Positions 55,101-64,000 of a DNA stretch of 64,000 nucleotides are shown piece after piece. The stretch's first letter is position 1; each line of letters starts with the position of its first letter. The notes below the pieces were generated by a model. The model had not been told where the DNA came from. It worked only from the letters and a program-made list of their open reading frames with translations, and made no database searches. The position numbers and the translations under genes were made by a program. Source of the DNA: Oculina patagonica (taxonomy: Eukaryota); contig NC_135763.1 in NCBI RefSeq assembly GCF_052425735.1, positions 10,230,001 to 10,294,000 on the forward strand, given 5' to 3'.

Positions 55101-57861
55101 CTCATGTTGTCTCATGAATGCAAATTGTTTAATCACGTGACAACAGATGGCCATGGAATAACACCATTCAACACGGCAAAATTTTTACGATAATGACTTA
55201 CCACTCCAGACGGTGGTGACGGAACAACAGCCTCCGGAATCTGTGGAGCATTCTCTATGGGAGTGAGCCTTCTTCCAGAGGGGGGACGGGAGGATTCGCC
55301 CTCAGACTGGTAACTTCCCAAGCTGTTAGTAAGAAAAAGATGGTTTTATTGACCCAATGCAAATATGGCTGCTCTTAATTTTCGGCTCCCAAAAGAATCA
55401 TTTGTCAACAAAATTAAATTTATTTACTGCAACTTAAAAAAAGTTTCAAGGCTAAAGTTTTATCTAATGAGAAGTTACAGTGACATTTATATGGCCAAAA
55501 ACATGAAAACAAGGCTAGGCAGGCCAGAGTGACTTTTTCCATACAAATCTCTTAAATTTGAATAAGTCACAAATCTGCAGCCTTTTAACCAAAAGCACTG
55601 AAACTTCTAATTGTAGCATGTTATTCCATATATTTTGAAGTGCCACCATCAGCTTTTTCAGAAACCCGACCAGATAACAGAATTGAATGACAACCATTTT
55701 TGCATAAGGTCTATTGATATTTTTTCCGTGAAAACATTTGGCCTTTTGATTGCCTCTAACACCGAGTCTTTACGGCCAGAGGAATTTGCGTAACAGAAAA
55801 AAAATGAATGAATGTCCTGTTTGGGTAAATCCATTTGCCCATGAAAATGAGCCTGCGCATTTCTTACAAGAAATACATGTATAAAAAAGCTCTACAATGT
55901 AAATAGGGGGCTTATTTCCTAAAGTGTGGCCTAATTTTCTTATTGTTGCCTAATGCTTAGTGTGTCAAAGTCCAGATCAAGTGGTCTGGGTTTGAGCCCT
56001 GGCCAGGACACTGCATTGTGTCCTTGATTCACACAGTTTCATTCTCTACCCAAAGCTGTATTAATGGGTTACTGCCAACTGTAATACCGAGAAAACGAAG
56101 GGCCTGCGAAATGAGATTTTCAGTCACTTGATAAGGACTTATGTCCTACGTAAGACACCATCTTGGTCGGACAAAACAAAGTTGTGAGTAGAGCCATCAC
56201 GCAAATAACAAAAGGTTAGAATTATTATTCCATTACTGCCACTAAAATGATTTACGATTCAAAAAATTATCCGGACATCATGTGCAACCTCACTTGGAAT
56301 TTTGTCGGACATGAGAAATTAAGGGCTATGGGGCCAGAATGTCCAAACGACTCGACTGTTATTTGCAGCTCCCTGCTGACGAGGAGATCCGTGCAAAGGA
56401 CTTGCAAATCCCATACTGAGAGGAGGTCCGGGGAAGGACTAGCATCCCATACTAGCTGCTCTAAAACAGGATAACCCCTGGCAGTATGGGACACTTGGAC
56501 TGATGAAGACTTCTTTTTATTGTCAGAATTTCAAGTTATGCATTTCTTTAAGAACTAAATCTGAGCCCATAAGCTTATTTTAAAAGTGGGCTCATCAACA
56601 TAGGGTTTACCTTGGTGTAAAAACTTATGAATTTTTTTGCTTGTATTGCAGCTATTGTTTTTCTGCTATATATTGTTTCAAGGTTCTTTGTTGTCTTGGT
56701 TGTTCTTTGTTTTACGTCACTGGCAAGTTTCACAAGTTTTTACACCGAGGATGAGCTATATCATAATGATTTTTGCCTTTGAGATATTGGGGGGGGGGAG
56801 GTGGGGGCAAATTATCAAAATTTTATTCAAACACAGATGCAGCAACTTGAAAATGCATTGATCGTGCATGGGAAGAGGCAGTATATAGAGCTGTACCTTG
56901 TTTTATTAAAAATGTGTACACATTAATAAATTATTTTATTCAGCATCTTAAAAAAAAGTCTTAAAAATTTAATCTTTACTAGTTAATTTTGTGGCTGATT
57001 TAAAATTTGAAAGGGTGCTTACTGGAGGTTAACATCTGCACATTAATATTAATTTAGCTGTAAAGGGCCTAACTGCTAGAACTAAATCATTTACAACTGT
57101 AAACGTTTTCTACAAAGACAATTAACCAAATTTGTCTCGTCAAAATTTGTGCCTAGTCGAAAATATCACAATTTTTTTGCTAAAACAAATGGCTACTTTA
57201 TGTATTATATTATGTCACAACAAAAGTAAAGTTCTTTTGTTCCTTTCTTCTCAAGGAAGTCAAATTTGTTCCTATCTGCAGTCTTAACACCTGACAGTTA
57301 AGAATCCAAAAAAAACAGCATTTTGCACCTGTATAATTTGCAAGTGTGCATATTTTTTAATGAGCCCTCGCTCTTAGAAATCGAGGACGTGTATATTGGA
57401 TATCAGTTTTGATGTCAAATTAAACATGAACTGTTAGCTTGGGCATCCAACAACCTCAAAAACGTAAGATCTGTATTTGCCATTTGCAATATTGGCAATA
57501 TTTACAATAAGCGCAGCGATAATCGAATAAACCAACAATCCACAGTTTAGTGCAAACAGCCTGCATCAACATGTACAGTAAACATTCGCAGGACATCAGG
57601 CAAAGCGCGCTGTCAAAAGTAATTGCACTGAATTTACCTGAACGCAGACGGCGGTCTCCCTTCGTAAGGCTTCACAGAGCTACCTCCAAATAACGTTCTT
57701 TGGGATTCAACTGGCGTAAAAGGCCTTTTGGTGTCCAAAGAACGGAGAGAAGATCTTGCCTCCGAGACAATATTTGCACTCGTTGGCCCATCGGCTGCGT
57801 AGAAAGGCCGGCTGGAAGCCTTGTCGCCTCTGCGCGATTTCTGCTTCAGCGGCGGGTCCAT
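43106..57861 (-). CDS. ARMC2: Armadillo repeat-containing protein 2 (899 aa, 17 coding exons)
   Basis: Exons 57638-57861, 55202-55322, 54144-54893, 52763-52865, 51815-51990, 51304-51354, 51017-51162, 50429-50534, 50134-50274, 49304-49390, 48850-48946, 47629-47751, 45795-45908, 45273-45405, 44452-44532, 43719-43798 and 43106-43272, all phase-consistent. The N-terminus TSANIVSEARSSLR..TKRPFTP...RPPSAFSL and ARM motifs (VTGALRNLAD, AIRVIANLSI, ATLNNLSFY, ASRVFGNFS, DWQLSSMVCQILWNYS) match ARMC2. Confidence 0.93.
43929..44420. mobile_element. pogo/Tigger-like MITE (same family as 17203-17693, reverse orientation)
   Basis: CAGTCAAAGCTCT...AGAGCTTTGACTG; body homologous to 17203-17693. Confidence 0.85.
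44785..45232. mobile_element. Tc2/pogo-like MITE (same family as 5454-5897)
   Basis: TA|CCGTATTTATTCGATTTA...TAAATCGAATAAATACGG|TA. Confidence 0.85.
46457..46521 (-). ncRNA. Type III hammerhead ribozyme, copy 1
   Basis: ACAGUG-UC^UCAU-(14-nt loop)-AUGA-CUGAGGA-U-GAUUCUA-AAC-UAGAAUC-GAAA-CACUGU. Stem III 7 bp, stem I 4 bp, stem II 7 bp, full core, GUC cleavage triplet (cut after 46514). Confidence 0.85.
46725..46789 (-). ncRNA. Type III hammerhead ribozyme, copy 2
   Basis: Identical to copy 1, offset by 268 bp; predicted cut after 46782. Confidence 0.85.
47887..48373. mobile_element. MITE with 4-bp TSD (Sola-like?)
   Basis: ATTA|GGAGGGGG...CCCCCTCC|ATTA with many internal AAAACCG repeats. 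Confidence 0.65.
48551..48708. mobile_element. Short Tigger-like MITE
   Basis: TA|CAGT...ACTG|TA with TTCGAA/TTGAAATA repeats. Confidence 0.6.
49752..50079. mobile_element. Tc2/pogo-like MITE, shorter family member
   Basis: TA|CCGTATTTATTCGACTAAGCGCCC...GGGCGCTTAGTCGAATAAATACGG|TA. Confidence 0.85.
53031..53927. mobile_element. Non-autonomous DNA transposon with 9-bp TSD
   Basis: TIR TAGCCTGCGTGG.CGGCGTTCAAAGGGG / CCCCTTTGAATGCTGGCCACGCAGGCTA; TGAAAATAG on both sides. Confidence 0.88.
55925..56505 (+). mobile_element. Degraded tRNA-derived SINE interrupted by another insertion
   Basis: Head GTGGCCTAAT...GGTTTGAGCCCTGGCC and tail GGACTAGCATCCCA...CACTTGG; same family as 5212-5348. Confidence 0.55.
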
Positions 57862-58095
57862 TATTCCTAGCGAAACCTGCAGCTACATTCTTACATCCAT
57901 AAGTGGTAGACACAACAATAACCACATCATTAGACAATTTTGTTCACTTGTCATTTAGTCTTTTCCCGGTTACTTCTTTCGTTCCTAAGAACGCCTTGAT
58001 GGCCGAACTCGGTGGCCTCGCTTTCGCGCTGCTACCTCGTTTCTGCGCGCGAGACCAAAGTTTTCGAGTCAGCGGTCGTGATTCGAATTTCCAAA
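57862..58095. promoter_or_regulatory. Bidirectional promoter region ARMC2 / ANAPC4
   Basis: Divergent start codons separated by only 234 bp; CpG-rich relative to the introns. Confidence 0.7.
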
Positions 58096-60381
58096 ATGGC
58101 GGGAGTGTGCGGTTCATTTCGGCAGCTCGAAGACAAACCGTGTTCTGCTGAAATTCGTTATCAAAGATGGTCGCCAAAGATGGATTTGCTTGCCCTCGTG
58201 ACAGTAGAGGGTGAGGTGTGGTTGCAGAGATTATCTTGGAAGCGAGTGTGGTCGATTTCCACCGCCGAAGGTCGAGCGCTTTCAGTGGCTTGGAGACCAG
58301 ACGGTAAAATTTTGGCTGTTGCTTTCAAAGATGGTAAAATAAAGCTCTTCGACATCGAAAACGCTGAATGTATTCATAAAACTGAAATCGAGTCAACGCC
58401 CACGTCATTGGATTGGATAGAAGAAGAAAAAGAGAAAGTATCAAACGGCGAAACATCTGAGAAAGACTTGCCGTTTTTTGTAGAAAAATCAGAACTGTAT
58501 CTTCCCTCCCTTTCACATCTCCCGAAATCTACTGGAGCACTGTTTTCCAAGGAAGCCTCACAAGAAGAGTCAGACGATCCCAAAAAGCTCAAGAGTCTAC
58601 CCGAAGAGTTGAGCGTGTTGATTGTTGGTGATGATAGAGGCAAAGTACATTTGTTTCTTTATGGTATTTTCTTGTGTGCCTCACTGAATACTGTAGATGT
58701 CTTGCAACAGCATTCTGAATCTCAAGTAAGCAGTGTTAATGTGTCCCGTGATTTAAAGGCACTCTCAGCTATCATTAAGTCACCGGTGCTTGGATCAGAT
58801 AAACAAGCTGTGTCGCTAGTGTTGTACGACACTGGATTGTTGTCCACAAGATGTCACGAACTTGCAGTTGTTGCCAAGAAAGTTGGTGAGATTGTCTGTC
58901 TGATGGATTACTTTGATAATGCGTTGCAGTCCATGTCAGACGCTTGGGAGGACATACTCCTGGAGATGGACACCAAGTTGACAGAGTTTGCCGCCGAGCG
59001 ACTGACAGCTGGATCAAGTGTCAGCAGTGAGTTTCTAACATTACTCACTCGTGGTGTGACGAGTCCTGAGCTACAATCTTTCCTCATTCAGGATCTCACA
59101 GAAAAAGGTCTCAAGAAGCTGGGGCATAGCATTGAAAATTCCTACACAAGTATACAAAATCTGGCGTTGAAGCACTTGCAGTGTGTCACGCAATCTCTTC
59201 TGTTCCATGTGACAGAAATTCATGGAATGTCAAGATGGCGTGAACAGTTTGGTGTTTTGGGTCTTTCCGAGCTTGATATCCAAACAATTATCACAAGTCT
59301 TGGTTCCATCATGTTGAAAACACAAGAGCTCATCCTTGTCATTGAAACAAGCCTGAAGAGCTTCAAAGCGTTCTTTCAGTGGCTTTATTACGTCATCATG
59401 AGTTTGTCTGATGCCGACATTCCAGACTTTGTGAAACAAAGGAGTCAGCAAGAAGTGATGCTTGTGTCAGGCTTCATTCAAGATCAGCTTGTCGTTAACA
59501 GCCAAGGAAAGTTTACCCTGGAGAGAGTAGGCCAATATTTTGACCCCAAGCCACTCACAGTAAAACCGCCATTTGGAAACAACGATTGGACAAAGTTCGT
59601 TGAGAGTCATCCAATGCTAAGATCAAGTCCACTGCTAATACCTGATAAGTCAACTGATTCTCTCGTCAGTCTTTCTGCGCAACTCCATGAACACATCAGG
59701 AAAGCTTTTGCAGAACCAATCAGTGCTATTAGCAAATCGATCTCTTGTTGGAATTGTCTCCCACTTTGTGAGATAAGCAAGAACAAGGAATCCTCTCTAT
59801 GTGTGGCACAAACCTCTACTGGATGTCCTCTGCGTCAACTTGTAGTCTTTCCCGATGACACTGAACTGTGCATGGTTACTATCAGGGCAAATGAACACAG
59901 GTTATTTTTGGCAAGAATTTGTGTTGATCACTTGCCATGTGACACTGAACCAGTGAAATACTCTTTCTTGGATGTGATGTTCTATGACTCAGAGTATTTG
60001 TCAGTTTTGCTTCAGCAGCAGAAAGCAAATAGCAATGATGAGGATGATGATGATGAGAGGCTCTCAATATTGGCTCAAGTTCCTTATCGATGGCTTGAAG
60101 ATAAGGACTTTTTAGATGTTGCACAAGTCAAACAAACATACCTCAATCAAATATCAGAACCTCCAGCCATCAGTGTAGGGCCGAGAATTACCCATTATCG
60201 GAAGCTGATTGGAATGAGGGCAAGCTCCTTGTCCGTAAGTGGAACTCGTAAGGTCTCATGTGTGTTGTCAGTGTCACGGAGAAATGTTCGATTGTTTGAT
60301 ATGGATGCCGAGGATGAAGAGACAGAAGATGATGAAGCTGAGAATGAAGAATTAAACAATTCCTTTGAAGAGGAGCAGTGA
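58096..60381 (+). CDS. ANAPC4: Anaphase-promoting complex subunit 4 (761 aa, intronless)
   Basis: Single uninterrupted ORF from AAAATGGCG. Motifs WSPKMDLLAL, GEVWLQRL..RVWS, AWRPDGKILA, AWEDILLEMDTKL, LTEKGLKKLGHSIE.SY, FKAFFQWLY and SVSGTRKVSCV match APC4. Confidence 0.95.
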   Translation: MAGVCGSFRQLEDKPCSAEIRYQRWSPKMDLLALVTVEGEVWLQRLSWKRVWSISTAEGRALSVAWRPDGKILAVAFKDGKIKLFDIENAECIHKTEIESTPTSLDWIEEEKEKVSNGETSEKDLPFFVEKSELYLPSLSHLPKSTGALFSKEASQEESDDPKKLKSLPEELSVLIVGDDRGKVHLFLYGIFLCASLNTVDVLQQHSESQVSSVNVSRDLKALSAIIKSPVLGSDKQAVSLVLYDTGLLSTRCHELAVVAKKVGEIVCLMDYFDNALQSMSDAWEDILLEMDTKLTEFAAERLTAGSSVSSEFLTLLTRGVTSPELQSFLIQDLTEKGLKKLGHSIENSYTSIQNLALKHLQCVTQSLLFHVTEIHGMSRWREQFGVLGLSELDIQTIITSLGSIMLKTQELILVIETSLKSFKAFFQWLYYVIMSLSDADIPDFVKQRSQQEVMLVSGFIQDQLVVNSQGKFTLERVGQYFDPKPLTVKPPFGNNDWTKFVESHPMLRSSPLLIPDKSTDSLVSLSAQLHEHIRKAFAEPISAISKSISCWNCLPLCEISKNKESSLCVAQTSTGCPLRQLVVFPDDTELCMVTIRANEHRLFLARICVDHLPCDTEPVKYSFLDVMFYDSEYLSVLLQQQKANSNDEDDDDERLSILAQVPYRWLEDKDFLDVAQVKQTYLNQISEPPAISVGPRITHYRKLIGMRASSLSVSGTRKVSCVLSVSRRNVRLFDMDAEDEETEDDEAENEELNNSFEEEQ

Positions 60382-61741
60382 ACAGCTTCAGATCTAAAAA
60401 GTATAACCAGATATGCTAGGCTACCATGATGCTGACCTATGAAACTGAGATGCTAGCCTACTGAGATTTGATTCTCACTTCGCAGTAGACCATAACATAA
60501 CAGTGGACCATAACAACAATTTTTTTACCTTTCATTAGATGAAATGTTAATAAAAATCATGAAAATTTTAAAAAAAAAATGTTAAATTCGCCAAATTTGC
60601 CACTTGCAAGTGTCGCCAAAGATTGCTTTTCGAAAAATCATGAAGTTTAGTTGTCACAAATATTATTTTGTGCACAGGTAATAAGAAATGCAGAGCACAG
60701 TTATACTGGTGTGAGTTGCACCGTTCAAGTGGACTATGTTTGTCATAAATTAAAAATTGTTATGTAGTCAAACCCTGCAATAATAGATTTCTGAGGGACT
60801 TCAGATACTAACTATTAGCATTTTAAGCAAGAATGTGATGGAAATAAATTAATAAAAAGGCAAAATTGAACCAGAAAAATGTAAATAACTGTGTTTCAGT
60901 CCAATTTATTGAATTGTTACCAAATGACAAATCCCAATAAATTTACTTCTCAATTTAACCCTGCAGACAGAAGGTATTTTTCTCAATACAAAATACTGCT
61001 GTTGTCTCAAATTTAAGGTAGTTTTCCTGCAGTTCATCCTACACTGAGATCCTGAAACTTTTTTTCTAATAAAGTGTTTCTATCTGAAGACAAAAGCAGT
61101 TCATTGCCCAGCCTTGTTTATTTAACCAGCTTGAAGGTGTTTTTACTACATGTTACCCCTTGTATAATTTTGCAAAAGGAAAATAATTTTGAGCACAATA
61201 ATCTACATAAGTAAATAAGACATTTAGACATGAATATTCTCAAAGAGAAGTTCTACATCTTATCAGATGAAGCATTCCTGCAAAGGTAAACTGAGAATGG
61301 TTGGGCAGGCGGTCACTAACAAAAACTCCGCTCTCCTTCCAACAAAAATTTCCTGTTTAAATGTCCATATTGAAATCTTCAGTGATGAATGGAACAGGAT
61401 TTTCCTGTTGACTGGGAGGTTTTTTTGCGAAAATAAGGACAGCCTCAAAACCAAAATTTTGAAATTTTCTTTGCGGAAATTTCCCCTCCATCCGATTTCT
61501 CCCAAATTTTCGTTACAAAGTAAATGGTCAATATTTCGAAAATTGAATATTTTTCGGATTTCTTGGAAACTTTCCCAGACCCATCCCAAAGTCCTGAAGG
61601 AGTCTTCTTTAGGAGTCACGTGCTAAGAATGCCATATCACGTGAGCGACGTAAGGAGATTAGTATCCAGACCTCCATCTGAAAGATGTTCTGCAGGTTCT
61701 GAGTTCGGGAACTGATACAACTTGTCGAACGGAGGGTGAAA

Positions 61742-63126
61742 ATGGCGACGAAGAGTAATCTATCTGCTGTGCTCCGCAAAGTGGACGATCTTTGCTTGGT
61801 AGGAATGCGTTTTATCTTCTGCTGCATTCTGCCTTCAGAAGGTTCTGCGCTCTGTCTAATAATGAATTTTTCGTTCGCAGGAAGAACGCCCTATCCCGCA
61901 ACCTGGGAAGGGAGGTAGGTGAATCAGTTTTCAGTCTTTTCAGCTAGGAAGTGTAATTTTCCATACGTCGAATGACTTGAATTAACAGTTCAAAGTTGAT
62001 TAGCTCGTTTTTAATTTTTTCCCTGGATAGACGTTAAATCGATTGAGTTTGTTTGGGGTTGGAGCTAGTTTCGCGTTTGTGAAAATTGATAAGGCGTGAG
62101 CCAAAATAGCACGGGACTGAAGTCACGCAAAAACAAATGCAAAATTAATCACCTGTAAAATCTAGAGGAATTAATTTTGAATAACTTATTGTAAAGGGAA
62201 CTAGATTGGCAACGACTGTAAGTCAAAAATAACATAAAAGGAAATGGGCAGTTTAACCCAACTCAAGAACAATCCGCAACTTATATCTCCTTTCTTGTAT
62301 CAATAAAGTATCAATATTTGTCAAGAAGATGGCTAATGAGAATGTAAATTTTAATCATCAACTGGGAAATTATCAATTACCTTGTAATTACCTAACCCCC
62401 CCCCCCCCCCAAGTCTCAAACCATAAAAATGTATATTTCACACAAAGTATATTGTTTTGTGTACCTATATATACTGTAATGATTCGATTTAGCACCCGGG
62501 GCGCTTATTATTTTTGGCACCTCAAGGGTAGGGGCACTTATTTATTTTTTTGAGAAACAACCAAATGTTCAAAATAAAACTTTAACAAATATTAACAGAA
62601 ACTGTAAAAGTAACAAATTGTTGAGAGTTCAGAATAATTTGTTCCTTTTAGCAGTCAATATATACATGTGCGGTACGGTGAATGTTCATGTTTTAATCTA
62701 TTCGCCGTCGATGAGTTCAGTAGGGGCGCTTAAGGGAGCTTGTAAGAATGGTGGCGCTTATTAGAATGGGAGCACTTATTGGAATAGGGGCGCTTATTGA
62801 CAAAAAACACATTCCAAGGGGGGGCGCTTATTGGAAGGAGGGCGCTAAATCGAATCATTACGGCATATGTGAATGTTGCACCCACCAACTTATTCTTACA
62901 CATAAAATTTCATTTATTTTTTTTTTAATAACTAATGAATCTTTTTCTTGCTAAATTAAAGAGGTACAAATTGCAATGCATGCTGTTGGAATATGTGGCT
63001 CAGATGTGCATTACTGGAAGAAAGGAAGAATTGGAGATTTCATTCTCACAGCACCCATGGTTCTCGGACACGAATCAAGTGGAGTGGTGTCTGCAGTAGG
63101 TGAAGGAGTTACAAACCTTAAAGTTG
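61742..63126 (+). CDS. SORD: Sorbitol dehydrogenase, exons 1-3 (gene continues beyond the window)
   Basis: Exons 61742-61798 ([19 protein letters not shown]), 61881-61914 ([11 protein letters not shown]) and 62962-63126 ([19 protein letters not shown]...[23 protein letters not shown]). Zn-ADH motifs GICGSD and GHE. Confidence 0.92.
62474..62863. mobile_element. Tc2/pogo-like MITE, diverged relative
   Basis: CTGTAATGATTCGATTTAGC...GCTAAATCGAATCATTACGG with GGCGCTTATT repeats. Confidence 0.7.
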
Positions 63127-63171
63127 GTAAGTCTATTATTTTGTTCCTGAGTAGTGACTAAAGTGATCTTG

Positions 63172-63518
63172 CATAGGCAGCGGAGCAGGGGGTAGGAAGG
63201 GGCTCAGCCCCCAATGTTTTGGTGCTGAAAATATCGCGAGCACAGCGTAAAATTGGTTTGTCAAGATGTTCTGTCTCATGAGGGAGTTCAAACATCTTCG
63301 CAACTTCCTTAAAAATCTTCGGGAAACTATGTTTATCTTCGGAAAAGTTCGAAAAATGATTGGAAACTTTCTAATGGCCTTCGAACAACAATCGAGGAAT
63401 CTTCAGAAATCTCCAGTCAACTGTTCAGATAGCAAAAAGTTGCAAGAACGGAAAACCTGCGGAGCATTTTAAGGACAGTTGTAGCCCCCCCATGTTCCAA
63501 AATGCTCCGCCGCCTCTG
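63172..63518. mobile_element. MITE with 5-bp TSD (Transib-like?)
   Basis: TCTTG|CATAGGCAGCGGAGCA...TGCTCCGCCGCCTCTG|TCTTG. Confidence 0.75.
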
Positions 63519-63534
63519 TCTTGAGTCAGCATTT

Positions 63535-63758
63535 GAGCCAAGTGACCCATATTAGAATGGCACTTAACTCCTGCCAGTTTCTCAGTGTAGCAGTCCATCA
63601 CAGGGTTAATATTATTATTCCCTGCATTAGTTTGCCGGCTGAAGAGGGGCACTGTGAGAGTAAAGAATCTTGACTAAGAACACAACACAACAAACCAAGC
63701 CAGGGCTTGAGCCCTGAGTGCTTGATCCAGAGTCCAGTGCACAAACATTAGGCCACCT
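63535..63758 (-). mobile_element. tRNA-derived SINE
   Basis: Reverse complement of the family at 5212-5348 (GGTGGCCTAATG..TGCACTGGACTCTGGATC..TTGTGTTCTT..ACTCTCACAGTGCC). Confidence 0.7.
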
Positions 63759-64000
63759 GATGCCTCTCACAGCAATGTTCCTGATTATAGCTTAAATATT
63801 GAATCCATAGGCGTACGGGCACCTTCGGACCTGGGGGAGCAGACACCTTATTGCCCGAAAAAAAATGACATGCGTTGAAAGCGAATTAGAGAGGCATATA
63901 GAATGGACAACAAAACGTGCATTGAAATAGTTGTGCACCCTGCCTTCTTAAAGTTCTCTAATTAATTTCGTGGCGTTGTCCGTAGATGTCAATGCACAAC

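Noticed and set aside
58012-58095. N-terminal extension of ANAPC4 from the GTG at 58012
   Set aside because: Non-ATG start from the ORF caller. APC4 similarity begins at the ATG at 58096, which is in good context.

Overview
AT-rich, intron-rich animal genomic DNA. The gene content and repeat families suggest a cnidarian, probably a stony coral (inference). Exon chains were traced by hand using GT-AG sites and consistent reading phase. Genes in order: (1) a small + strand gene not in the ORF track, a truncated and inverted myophilin paralog that has gained a signal-peptide-like exon (84 aa); (2,3) two tandem minus-strand myophilin/transgelin-like genes (calponin-homology domain plus calponin repeat), the second with duplicated alternative last exons and a cryptic second C-terminus behind its stop codon; (4) an MFI/C11orf65 homolog with a long IQ-containing N-terminal extension; (5) a death-domain-only gene; (6) ARMC2 (17 coding exons); (7) an intronless ANAPC4 head-to-head with ARMC2; (8) the first three exons of SORD. 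Introns carry many MITEs and tRNA-derived SINEs. The most notable element is a 268-bp tandem repeat in ARMC2 intron 12. Each unit couples a tRNA-like Pol III head to a complete type III hammerhead ribozyme, and the array has a 5' inversion and a target-site duplication, i.e. a retrozyme-like, probably Penelope-mobilised element. A second family with the same architecture and a degenerate core sits at about 1.3-1.8 kb.
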